A stretch of DNA of 32,000 nucleotides, from positions 1,980,001 through 2,012,000 of the forward strand of contig NZ_CP042905.2 of the NCBI RefSeq assembly GCF_008000775.2, in the 5' to 3' direction. The position numbers and the translations under genes were made by a program. Shown piece after piece: positions 14,611-23,459 of this stretch; position 1 is the first letter of the stretch; each line of letters opens with the position of its first letter. This DNA is from Promethearchaeum syntrophicum (GTDB lineage Archaea; Asgardarchaeota; Lokiarchaeia; Sigyniarchaeales; Promethearchaeaceae). A model generated the notes under the pieces. That model was not told the origin of the DNA. It saw only the letters and a list, made by a program, of their open reading frames with translations, and ran no database searches.

Positions 14611-15781
14611 AAAATGTACTTTTAATTACAATAGCAATTCCTACTCCGATAATTAAGATCCCTGTTCCGATTACATATGGATTGCTAAAAAAAGTCTCTT
14701 TACTTGAAAATTTCTCAATAAAACCTAATGTAGGATCGAAGGTTTCGTATACATATTGTAAAGCTGTTCTTCCAGTTATTTCCAAACTTTCTTCTGAAAT
14801 ATTTTCGATTGTGTCACCAGAAGTATGATGATACGGCCAACCACAATTAAGATTATCAAATTCGATGATTAAATCTAGGGTTGGGATACCTTTTTGAGCA
14901 AATGGAACATGGTCATCAATATAAGTTCTAGTTGCACCATTCAGGGGAAAATTAACTTCGTAGCCTAATGAATTTCCAATTTTAAAAACCTCGTCAGTAA
15001 GATCATCATTACTATGACTTTCACGAATAAATTTAAGATTAGTTCCGCCAACCATATCAAAAAGAATAAAAGAATGAATAGTATCTAATGATTGACCTTC
15101 TCTGAAATAAATATTGGGTTGATTTTCCATCTCTTCAACCATCCATTCACTTCCTTCACACCAATCCCATCCATTTATTCCAGAAATTCCACGACTTTCT
15201 CCTTGATCTTCTGCATCAAAGAAAACAAACCAAAAAGAAACATTCCAATTAATTTTTGCTTCTGCTATTACACGTGCCATTTCCATCATCACAGCTACAC
15301 CACTACCCCCATCATTTGCTCCATCTATTGGTTCTGAACGTAAAGAAGAGTTAGGATCTTTTTCAGCAACCGCTCGGGAATCATAATGAGATGCAAATAT
15401 TACAATTTGAGATTTATTTGGATTTATTCGCGAAATAATATTATTACATTGAAATCCATTGATTGAAAAATTATATAATGCAGATTCTCCATATTTTTGC
15501 ATTTCTGAGCTTATATTTTTTGCACAATCAAAACTTCCGTTTGAACCAGGTATTCTATCTCCAAAAGAAAGTTGTGTTTCAATATTATTATAGGCAAATG
15601 AAGAATTAAATTCATCCGCTAAAGTTGTGTTCAAAAATGGTTGACTATTTAATGGTTTATCTTCTAGAATTTGTAAATAAGAATCAATTGGTGTTATTAA
15701 CGAAATAGACATACTTAAACTGACAATTATAATTAAATTAATGAGGAAAAATCTAAAAAATCGAATCAATTTTTTCTTCAT
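14597..15781 (-). CDS. M28-family metallopeptidase (aminopeptidase or glutaminyl-cyclase-like), membrane-anchored
   Basis: FASHYDSR, DGANDGGSGVAVMMEMARVI, FVFFDAEDQG and YHHTSGDT match the M28 zinc-ligand regions. There are N-terminal and C-terminal hydrophobic anchors. Confidence 0.7.
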   Translation of the reverse strand: MKKKLIRFFRFFLINLIIIVSLSMSISLITPIDSYLQILEDKPLNSQPFLNTTLADEFNSSFAYNNIETQLSFGDRIPGSNGSFDCAKNISSEMQKYGESALYNFSINGFQCNNIISRINPNKSQIVIFASHYDSRAVAEKDPNSSLRSEPIDGANDGGSGVAVMMEMARVIAEAKINWNVSFWFVFFDAEDQGESRGISGINGWDWCEGSEWMVEEMENQPNIYFREGQSLDTIHSFILFDMVGGTNLKFIRESHSNDDLTDEVFKIGNSLGYEVNFPLNGATRTYIDDHVPFAQKGIPTLDLIIEFDNLNCGWPYHHTSGDTIENISEESLEITGRTALQYVYETFDPTLGFIEKFSSKETFFSNPYVIGTGILIIGVGIAIVIKSTFFKKY

Positions 15782-16650
15782 ATATATTATTAAGAAAGAA
15801 GGTAATTTTTATTTTGACTTCTTTTCAACTAAAAAAAAATAGCATTTCTTCTAATTTATGATACAATTCTAGTTAAAAATTAAAAAAAGATAGATTAGAG
15901 CTAGGCCTATCTGTCGGATTAGACACTACGCGGAGAATATTTATTAAAAAATTAATAAATGCATTGAATTACATTCAATTTATTCTATGGCTAATTCGAT
16001 CGATTAACCTAACCCTATATAAATTTAAGAGTTCAAATATTTAAAACTATCTGTCATTTCCTTTCTGTAATGAGTATATTGTACAATAATTAAGACCGTG
16101 TTTTTTCCTACAGTGAGAATAATTGTTAGTTTTTTCGATTAGAGAATAAAATTTAAAGAAAAAAATGATTAAGCCCGTATTTTTGAAATTTTTTTCTTCA
16201 ATCTTAAGGATGAAGATTTAAAAAAAACACAGTCATCCTTCTGAATTTATTAACGAGGCAATAAAATTTTTCAGAACGGAAGAAAAAATCATTAATTTTC
16301 TTCGGATATTATTATTTTCTATGCAAATTGATCATAGATTTCCTAAAGCCATAAGGTGATTATTTCAATAAAATTCGATATTTTAAAAATATTATAGGTT
16401 AAATTTTAAGATCATAACAAAAAATCTGTAATTTTCGATATGTGGGATAATTTGGGAATTATTAATTTTTCTCAAGGTATGTGGTAAATACTTTAATGCC
16501 CTTCACAAAAACAATATTTCTCGATCAATTTGATGTTTGAATTTTACATTTTTATCGTGATTTTCATTTTTATCGGGTGCTATCTAAAATGAAAAACCAA
16601 GCAGAAAAAAAATAGAAATTTTATTCAAGAATTTTAAATTGATTTTATCA

Positions 16651-17409
16651 ATGTCACATTTTTTTGATCCACAAACAAGCTTAGCTATAGATATCATTAA
16701 AAAATCTAAAAATATTGTTGCTTTTACAGGAGCAGGAATATCCACAGAAAGTGGAATTGCAGATTTTCGTTCACCTGGAGGATTATGGAGCCAATTCGAT
16801 CCTGACAAATACGCCGATTATAATGTATTTTTACAAAATCCGGAATTTTATTGGAAATTGGAAAGGACATTGGGAAAAATATTCCAAAATGCAAAACCGA
16901 ATAAAGCTCATAAAGCACTTGTAAAGTTGGAGAAAAAAGGGAAATTAAAAGCCATAATAACCCAAAATATCGATAATTTGCACCAGAAAGCGGGTTCAAA
17001 AATTCCAATAATAGAATTACATGGAAATGCACGTAATGCTAAATGTCTGGATTGTGGCCAAGAAATATCTCGTAATTATATAAATAAAAATCTAAAACAC
17101 AGTAAAAATATCCCTGTTTGTCCTTATTGTAGTGGGAGAATAAAAACCAATGCTCTATTATTTAATGAACCTTTCCCCGAAGAAATCATGAAAAAAGCAA
17201 TTTCTTTGGCCGAAAACTGTGATTTAATGTTAATTTTGGGTTCCTATTTATCAGTTTTTCCTGCAAATCAGATTCCTCTAATAGCAAGAAAAGCAGGTGC
17301 ATCATTAATTTTTATTAATTATGAACCAACTCATTTTGATAAATATGCTACTTTAAGAATGCTGGGAGAACTCGGGTCCTATTTACCTTTGATTGTAGCG
17401 GGTGTTTAA
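16651..17409 (+). CDS. cobB: NAD-dependent protein deacylase, Sir2/CobB sirtuin
   Basis: FTGAGISTESGIADFRSPGGLW, ITQNIDNLHQKAG, ELHGN, and a zinc ribbon CLDCG...CPYCSG. The ATG at 16651 (MSHFFDP) is preferred to the TTG at 16639. Confidence 0.88.
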   Translation: MSHFFDPQTSLAIDIIKKSKNIVAFTGAGISTESGIADFRSPGGLWSQFDPDKYADYNVFLQNPEFYWKLERTLGKIFQNAKPNKAHKALVKLEKKGKLKAIITQNIDNLHQKAGSKIPIIELHGNARNAKCLDCGQEISRNYINKNLKHSKNIPVCPYCSGRIKTNALLFNEPFPEEIMKKAISLAENCDLMLILGSYLSVFPANQIPLIARKAGASLIFINYEPTHFDKYATLRMLGELGSYLPLIVAGV

Positions 17410-18172
17410 TTTGGCAAAAAAAAAGAAAAATACTGCTGGAAAAGTGGATGAACATTATTGGGATTCTATGGATTTATTAAGTGATAATGATAGAGAAGAA
17501 TATTACTCATCTAAAAGCACCTCTTCTAAAGCTACAACGATGAAAAACGAAGCACTACATGATGAAAAAAGTGAATTCCAAGGAAAATTAAGAAAAATCT
17601 TTTTTCCCGAAGAATATAAAACTCCACAAAAGGAAGAGTACGAGCCTAAAGATTATGTTTATATTCAAATGAAATTAAATATTGAAAACCTCCCTAAAGA
17701 GTTTCTAAAAGAATTAGATGAGTTTCGAGTAAGTGGAATTTCAATAAGAGAATGTGATGAAGATTGTCTTCCAATTTTTGTTAAATTATATAATCGTTCG
17801 TTTATGTTAGGAAGTGACCCATATAGTCCTGCTACCGAAGAACAGTTTCGAGTAATTTTAAAAGATGAAACAACTGTTGTCTTAATTGGTTCTAAATCAG
17901 GTGAAGATGTTGGCTTTATCATAATTGACATTTTTTCAGAAAATGAAAGTGATGAACGAGATATTGGAGTGATTGCAGGATTAGGGACAGATCCAAGATG
18001 GCAACGTCAAGGAATTGGGCGATATTTAGGAATTGCTTCATGGGATTACTTTAGAAAAAAATTTAATTTAAAAGAATTGAGATGTGAAGTTTACGAAAAA
18101 AATTTGCCTTCATATAACTTGATTAAAAGTCTTCATTTTGAAGAATATGGGAAAAAATCATATAAATTTTAG
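17402..18172 (+). CDS. GNAT-family N-acetyltransferase with a disordered K/E/S-rich N-terminal extension of about 100 aa
   Basis: The acetyl-CoA motif A is RWQRQGIGRYLG, preceded by VGFIIIDIF and GVIAGLGTDP strands. The GTG start at 17402 overlaps the sirtuin stop by 8 nt. An alternative ATG lies at 17468, so the start is uncertain. Confidence 0.7.
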   Translation: MFNLAKKKKNTAGKVDEHYWDSMDLLSDNDREEYYSSKSTSSKATTMKNEALHDEKSEFQGKLRKIFFPEEYKTPQKEEYEPKDYVYIQMKLNIENLPKEFLKELDEFRVSGISIRECDEDCLPIFVKLYNRSFMLGSDPYSPATEEQFRVILKDETTVVLIGSKSGEDVGFIIIDIFSENESDERDIGVIAGLGTDPRWQRQGIGRYLGIASWDYFRKKFNLKELRCEVYEKNLPSYNLIKSLHFEEYGKKSYKF

Positions 18173-18187
18173 GGATTCTGAATAAAA

Positions 18188-19354
18188 TTGAGTGTCTTTC
18201 TAAATAAGAGAGCTAAAGGAAAATTAAGAATAGAAAAACCATCTCAAAAACCATTTTTATTCCATCAAAAACTGCCTGAATACAAAATTACCCCTTTAAT
18301 TTCTTTAAAATCCTTAGCAAAAAATTTAAAAATTGGTAATATCTGGGTAAAAGATGAATCAAATCGTTTAGGACTGCCCGCTTTTAAAATTCTTGGGGCA
18401 TCTTGGGCAGTATATCGGAATATCGAAGAAAAATTCAATATTCATAGTGAAAATAACGAAAATTTTCCAGAATTTATTAAAAAAATTAAAAAAATTCCTT
18501 CTATCACCTTAATAACCGCAACTGATGGAAATCATGGCCGTGCGGTAGCAAGGATTGCTAAATTATATAGTTGGAACGCAAAAATTTTCATGCCTGAAGG
18601 ATCTAAAGAAGCAAGAATAAATGCAATATTATCTGAAGGTGCGCAAGTTATTATAGTTAAGGGAGATTATGACTTGGCAGTTCAAGAAGCTGCAAAACTT
18701 GAATCCAAACTTAATTGGGTTATTCAAGATACAGCCTATGAAAATTACGAAAAAATTCCCAAATGGATTATTGAAGGATATTCTACTCTATGTTGGGAAA
18801 TTGATAATCAACTTTCTCATTCTAAAATTGATTTGATTTTCATTCAAATCGGAGTCGGAAGTCTAGCGTCGGCCATTATTAAATTCTATAAGCATGAAAA
18901 CTATAATGAAAGTCCAAAAATTTTAGGAATCGAACCCTTAGGGGTAGCTTGTGCTAAAGAATCCGTCAAAGCAGGAAAAATTGTAACAATCAATGGCCCT
19001 TATAACTCCATTATGGCGGGATTGAATTGTGGGACTATTTCTAAAATATCTTGGCCACTAATTTTAGCTGGAATAGATGGTTTTATTGAAGTTAGTAATG
19101 ATTTTGCGATTAAAGGAATGAAAACATTTTCAAATGACGGAATCATTTCTGGTGAAACGGGAGCTTCTGGATTGGGAGGTCTTTTGGAGCTTACAGAACA
19201 AGATAATGGGAAGTTATTTAGACACCAATTCAATTTAAATGAAAATAGCAATGTCTTAATTTTTTCTACTGAAGGTGCCACAGATCCGGATTTTTATAAT
19301 AATGAAATAAAAAAGTCTAATATTTTTGAAAAAAAGTACTTAAAATCTTGTTAA
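18188..19354 (+). CDS. dpaL: Diaminopropionate ammonia-lyase (PLP-dependent, YgeX/DpaL type)
   Basis: Colinear with E. coli YgeX as I remember it: VKDESNRLGLPAFKILGASWA (PLP Lys), TATDGNHGRAVA, IQDTAYENYEKIPKWIIEGYSTL, IQIGVGSLA, IMAGLNCG, ISGETGASGLGGLL, FSTEGATDP. Only a TTG start is available. Confidence 0.85.
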   Translation: MSVFLNKRAKGKLRIEKPSQKPFLFHQKLPEYKITPLISLKSLAKNLKIGNIWVKDESNRLGLPAFKILGASWAVYRNIEEKFNIHSENNENFPEFIKKIKKIPSITLITATDGNHGRAVARIAKLYSWNAKIFMPEGSKEARINAILSEGAQVIIVKGDYDLAVQEAAKLESKLNWVIQDTAYENYEKIPKWIIEGYSTLCWEIDNQLSHSKIDLIFIQIGVGSLASAIIKFYKHENYNESPKILGIEPLGVACAKESVKAGKIVTINGPYNSIMAGLNCGTISKISWPLILAGIDGFIEVSNDFAIKGMKTFSNDGIISGETGASGLGGLLELTEQDNGKLFRHQFNLNENSNVLIFSTEGATDPDFYNNEIKKSNIFEKKYLKSC

Positions 19355-19916
19355 ATAAATCTTTTTCAAATATATCTGGTAAAAAATCTGGGATAACCTG
19401 AAGTATTAAATTATTAGCATATATAGATTTTTCATTTTTATTTAGAGCAATTTTGGTATAATTTTGAAAGTTCAAAGATATGTAGGGATATATATTCTGC
19501 ATTTTTTTAATCACTGAACTAATATCTGGATATTTTATTCTTTTATCTGTTATGCTACTTTTTGGAACAATAGGAAAATTATTCAGAAAGATGGATGCCT
19601 TGGGATGGATATATTGAAGGTTTCGTATCATTTCTAATGGTTCAAGGGCAATCATTAAATCTATACTCTTATTCGAGGGGACTGGTGCAATATATTGGGT
19701 GTTTTCTTGAATATCCGAAGGTTTAGCTTTAAAAAAATAACGAATTAAGCAGTATGTGGAACCTTCTCGTTGAGAAACTCCACGATTTTCGATTGAGATT
19801 AAGTTTGCTAGATGAGATAAACGCATAGCATATTCTCGGAAAAATTTTCCCATAGTCATAACACCTTGCCCACCAACACCTACTATCATTATATTATAAA
19901 AGCCATCTTTAATCAT
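19317..19916 (-). CDS. iorB: Indolepyruvate:ferredoxin oxidoreductase, beta subunit
   Basis: N-terminal IMIVGVGGQGVMT, a size of about 200 aa, and a 4-nt overlap (ATGA) with the upstream iorA. Confidence 0.8.
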   Translation of the reverse strand: MIKDGFYNIMIVGVGGQGVMTMGKFFREYAMRLSHLANLISIENRGVSQREGSTYCLIRYFFKAKPSDIQENTQYIAPVPSNKSIDLMIALEPLEMIRNLQYIHPKASIFLNNFPIVPKSSITDKRIKYPDISSVIKKMQNIYPYISLNFQNYTKIALNKNEKSIYANNLILQVIPDFLPDIFEKDLFNKILSTFFQKY

Positions 19917-22009
19917 TCGTTCTGGTCCTCCCTTTTCTTTTTAACTATCGCTTTTACGGGGCAAATTTCTATGCAACTTAAACAATGTTCACCTATACAA
20001 CGTGAACTATCAATTTGGTAAATATCTTCATATTCTTGAATAGCAGTACAACCCAATCTCTCAAAACATTCATTACATTTGGTACACGTATCTTCAATTT
20101 GCACTACAAATTGAGAAAATTGTTTTTCTTCTGATTTCTTACTTCTTTTTAGTCGTCTACTTTTATTTAAAGCACATTCTGCATTAACTAAAGCAAATTT
20201 TAAACCTGATTTAGTGAATAAGTCCTGAAATTGTGAATTCATTTGACTGATTGAATAACCATCCATGATTTCGATTGGAAAATCGCCCATAGTTTGTAAA
20301 ATTTCAAAGATCGAAAAGTTTCGGTAATTTCTACTCTGTTTATTTCCTAATTGGAGTAATTCTGATGGAGTAGATGGTGATATTTGATGCCCCGTCATTG
20401 AACAAAAATAATTATCTAAAATTAAAACCAAAACATCTGAATTATCTTTGGCAAGGTTGTATATTGGTTGAATTCCAGTGTGAAAAAAGGTACTGTCACC
20501 AATCATTGCGATTAAATGTTGTTTTTCTGAATTAATTACTCTTGCTACACCATTTGCGATACCTACCCCAGCACCCATGCAAATTAACCAATCCATAGTG
20601 CTATATGGTTTGGACATACTTAGAGTATAGCAACCAATATCTCCACCAAAGATTGGTTCACGCCCAGATTCTTTTTGGTATTTATCTACTGCTTTTCTTA
20701 AAGCATAAAAGACATTACGATGAGAACAACCTGGGCAAAAGGTAGGTTCTCTTACAGGAAGATTTTGCTGTAATTTAACAATATCTTCCTGGATTTTGTT
20801 TAAGAATTGCTTAAATTCCTTGAAATGAAATGATTCGTTATTTATTTTAATCATACTGCCTAAAGCTTGTATAATAATATCTAGGGATAATGCACCATCT
20901 TCGGGAAATATCTGTTTTCCCAAGATTGGAATAAGAATCCCATTATCAAAAAGAATGTTTTTAATCTGCAGTTCCAAAAATGATTCTTGCTCTTCAACAA
21001 TTATTAGAAATTCTAAATGGAATTCTTCAATAAAATCTAAAATTTGTGTAGTTTTTACAGGATATGATAATTTTATTCTTAATCGGGGTATATCTACCTT
21101 CAAATCGGAACAAAATTCTTCGACATATGCCCAAGATATGCCACTAGTTATTATTCCAACATTGACGGATGTATTTTTTGTTTGTTTTTTATCTGAACTA
21201 TTTAAAACCTGATTTTGTTTATGCAATTTGTTTTTTTTATTACCTTTTATCGAAAAATAATCTTTTAAATTCTGATCAGAAAGTCCTTCTTCTTGAATTA
21301 GCTTAATCTTCGAGTTTAATGCTTTTTGGTGTATTCCTGCCCAATGAATTGCATTTAGATATTTATCAAAATCTTTCTGGAAAAACCGCTTAGATTTAGG
21401 TTTTAACTCTTGATCTGGATTTTGAAAATTCACTAATCCCGAAGCATGATTTAGCCTACTCGGGGAATAAATAAGAACTGGAAGATCCCAAGTTTCTGAT
21501 AATTTAAAGGCTAATTTAACAAAATCCTTACATTCCTGAATTGATGATGGCTCCAAAATCGGAAGTTTCGAGTGAAATGAAAATAATCTTATGTCTTCAG
21601 CATTAGTAGAAGAAGAAATTTCGGGATCTCCACCACAAATTATTACTAATCCTGCTTTTCTTTTTCCATCTATTCCTGAATACATAACGGAATGAAGCGC
21701 GTCAGCGATTAAATTCATTCCAAGATGTTTAAACGAAACTGCTGCCCTTACTCCACTCCAACTTGCTCCTACAGCAGCTTCAAAGGCAACAGTTTCATTC
21801 AAAGATAGATCGAAATTAATTAACTTATTTGTACGCGCATATTTTTCCCATATATCTCCTATTTCTGAAGTCGGAGTTCCTGGATATGTTGCTAAGAATT
21901 GAGCTCCCGCTTCATATAGACCTCGCGCATAAGCTTCATTTCCCGTCAAAATTAAAGATTTTTGGGAGTTTTCAGTAAAAAGATCTTGGAATGATTTTGG
22001 ATGAAACAT
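19913..22009 (-). CDS. iorA: Indolepyruvate:ferredoxin oxidoreductase, alpha subunit
   Basis: TGNEAYARGLYEAGAQFLATYPGTPTSEI, a TPP region GGDIGCY...GDSTFFHTG, and C-terminal ferredoxin Cys motifs CTKCNEC and CLSCIEICP. It contains a K/N-rich low-complexity insert (KGNKKNKLHKQNQVLNSSDKKQTKN). Confidence 0.9.
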   Translation of the reverse strand: MFHPKSFQDLFTENSQKSLILTGNEAYARGLYEAGAQFLATYPGTPTSEIGDIWEKYARTNKLINFDLSLNETVAFEAAVGASWSGVRAAVSFKHLGMNLIADALHSVMYSGIDGKRKAGLVIICGGDPEISSSTNAEDIRLFSFHSKLPILEPSSIQECKDFVKLAFKLSETWDLPVLIYSPSRLNHASGLVNFQNPDQELKPKSKRFFQKDFDKYLNAIHWAGIHQKALNSKIKLIQEEGLSDQNLKDYFSIKGNKKNKLHKQNQVLNSSDKKQTKNTSVNVGIITSGISWAYVEEFCSDLKVDIPRLRIKLSYPVKTTQILDFIEEFHLEFLIIVEEQESFLELQIKNILFDNGILIPILGKQIFPEDGALSLDIIIQALGSMIKINNESFHFKEFKQFLNKIQEDIVKLQQNLPVREPTFCPGCSHRNVFYALRKAVDKYQKESGREPIFGGDIGCYTLSMSKPYSTMDWLICMGAGVGIANGVARVINSEKQHLIAMIGDSTFFHTGIQPIYNLAKDNSDVLVLILDNYFCSMTGHQISPSTPSELLQLGNKQSRNYRNFSIFEILQTMGDFPIEIMDGYSISQMNSQFQDLFTKSGLKFALVNAECALNKSRRLKRSKKSEEKQFSQFVVQIEDTCTKCNECFERLGCTAIQEYEDIYQIDSSRCIGEHCLSCIEICPVKAIVKKKREDQNE

Positions 22010-22124
22010 GTAAAATACAATTCTTATTTATTTACATTGGTTTTTTAATAAATTGATTAATTTTTCATGGAAAAAATTAGAAACAATATTAAACATATTT
22101 AATTGAATATGGAAGTGAATACCA

Positions 22125-22520
22125 ATGACTGAAAAAAAAGATGAATCCATGATGTTGTCCAGAATGCGGACACTGCTTGCTTTAGAAAGGAATTTCCTTG
22201 CTGAAGAGCGAACTGCCTTAGCAGAATTCAGAACTGGATTAGCTTTAATTTTAATTGGCCCCCCAACGAGTATAATATATATTTCATCTTCATTACAAAC
22301 TTCAACTGCTTTATGGATGAACATTATTCTATATATTTTCATCGGTTTAATCGTGATTTGGGGCATTTACATGGCTGTTCGGGCATATAACAAAGCAAAA
22401 ATGTTACGCTATGAACGAAAGAAAATAAAAAATAGAGAAAAACAAATATTTGATTCTTCTCCTGAAGCTCAAGATTTACTAAGGGATTGTTTATTTGAAG
22501 AAGATTTTTGTAAAGATTAA
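22125..22520 (+). CDS. DUF202 (YidH-like) small membrane protein
   Basis: LALERNFLAEERTALAEFRTGLALIL matches the DUF202 signature ERTxLAxxRTxLAL and is followed by hydrophobic helices. Confidence 0.7.
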   Translation: MTEKKDESMMLSRMRTLLALERNFLAEERTALAEFRTGLALILIGPPTSIIYISSSLQTSTALWMNIILYIFIGLIVIWGIYMAVRAYNKAKMLRYERKKIKNREKQIFDSSPEAQDLLRDCLFEEDFCKD

Positions 22521-23434
22521 ACTGTAAAGTTGAATTTTGGAGAAGATATTTTTGTTATTTTTCTATTTGAATTAAAAATGTAAACAAAATCAATAATCGG
22601 ATTATTCTCTAAGGGCCATGTATATAGTTTGAGATAAGTTTCAAAAAAGAGGATGAATTTTTTTACCTCATGTGGATTCATACCAAAATTATTTCCCTTT
22701 TCTTTTCTGAGTTCTTTTTCTTGTTGTTGACGAAACTGAATAACATTTTCTACCGATTCTGCCAACAAAACAATTTTTAAATCCATGAAATTATATGAAT
22801 CACTTAAATCATTCACTTGGGAGTTAAGATATTGATCAATTTTAGATAAATTCTCTGCGGAAATTGGTTGCGCAAATGTGAAAACTCCCTCAATTATAAC
22901 AAAATCAGGTTTTTTCTTAACAATCTGCCATTTATTTTCGGGAAATCTGTCATCTATGCTTTTATCAAATTTTGGAATTGAGATTGAATTCTCCCAGTGA
23001 TTTAAAGATTCAAAAATCCTTTTCACTAGCGGATTATCATACATTAAGCGCGATTCTAAAGATGGATCAATATCCTTTGCGAGTTCTAACCTCTCTTCTT
23101 TGGTTGGATATAAGTCATCCATAGAAAAATTAATTGTATAATACCCTTGATTTTGGAGAAGTAAAGATAAAAATCTAGCTAATGTTGTTTTTCCTGAACC
23201 GTTGACCCCCGCAATCCCTAAAACTACTGTATCTTTCTTTTCCTTCAAGATTTCTAACATTTGCAAATAAATCGGAACAAATTGAAATTTTAATAATTCA
23301 ATTAAGTCTTCTATTTCCAATATTAAATTTAATTTTTCCAAACAATTCTGAAAGAGAATAATCTTATTTTCATTTATAAAATTTTCAGATTTAAGAATTA
23401 ACTCAGAAAAATCTTTATGGTTCATAAAACTCAC
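22517..23434 (-). CDS. P-loop kinase, D-glycerate-3-kinase (GLYK)/yeast TDA10-like branch of the uridine-kinase/PRK superfamily
   Basis: Walker A GIAGVNGSGKTTLARFL, then FSMDDLYPTKEERLELA, IPKFDKSIDDRFPE and DFVIIEGVFTFAQP. These parallel the remembered TDA10/GLYK blocks (SxDDFYLT, PKYDKS..GDR, ILEGWFLGF). Confidence 0.55.
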   Translation of the reverse strand: MSFMNHKDFSELILKSENFINENKIILFQNCLEKLNLILEIEDLIELLKFQFVPIYLQMLEILKEKKDTVVLGIAGVNGSGKTTLARFLSLLLQNQGYYTINFSMDDLYPTKEERLELAKDIDPSLESRLMYDNPLVKRIFESLNHWENSISIPKFDKSIDDRFPENKWQIVKKKPDFVIIEGVFTFAQPISAENLSKIDQYLNSQVNDLSDSYNFMDLKIVLLAESVENVIQFRQQQEKELRKEKGNNFGMNPHEVKKFILFFETYLKLYTWPLENNPIIDFVYIFNSNRKITKISSPKFNFTV

Positions 23435-23459
23435 AAATTTCGCTAAAACGGTTATTTAG

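Noticed and set aside
12803-15781. The MTase region as a mobile element or defence island
   Set aside because: I saw no integrase, transposase, flanking direct repeats, tRNA target or endonuclease. Composition looks like the rest of the window, and the neighbours are ordinary hydrolases.
15897-15940. GC-richer patch (ctaggcctatctgtcggattagacactacgcggag) as a tRNA or tRNA fragment
   Set aside because: I could draw no cloverleaf. There is no GTTCGAATC-like T-arm and no acceptor-stem complementarity.
16206-16245. Possible C/D-box sRNA (ggatgaaga ... ctga) in the long intergenic region
   Set aside because: The C-box-like word is ATGAAGA, not RUGAUGA. The spacing to CUGA is only about 30 nt, there are no internal C'/D' boxes, and the stem is better explained as a simple hairpin.
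16651-17409. The Sir2 domain as an anti-phage NADase effector (Thoeris/DSR/pAgo-associated type)
   Set aside because: It has the complete canonical sirtuin deacylase motif set and a Zn ribbon. It has no fused sensor domain and no defence-type neighbours. Its partner is a GNAT, which fits protein acetylation control.
15092-21212. Other embedded ORFs: 15092-15337(+), 16584-16808(-), 16715-16924(+), 16724-17032(-), 17665-17931(-), 19000-19281(-), 20955-21212(+)
   Set aside because: All are nested in or antisense to confidently assigned genes (M28 peptidase, sirtuin, GNAT, dpaL, iorA) and show no independent signal.
22028-22366. 112-aa minus-strand ORF overlapping the DUF202 gene
   Set aside because: The plus-strand frame carries the DUF202 signature (ERTALAEFRTGLAL) and hydrophobic helices. 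The minus-strand product has no motif and would leave only 18 nt to iorA.
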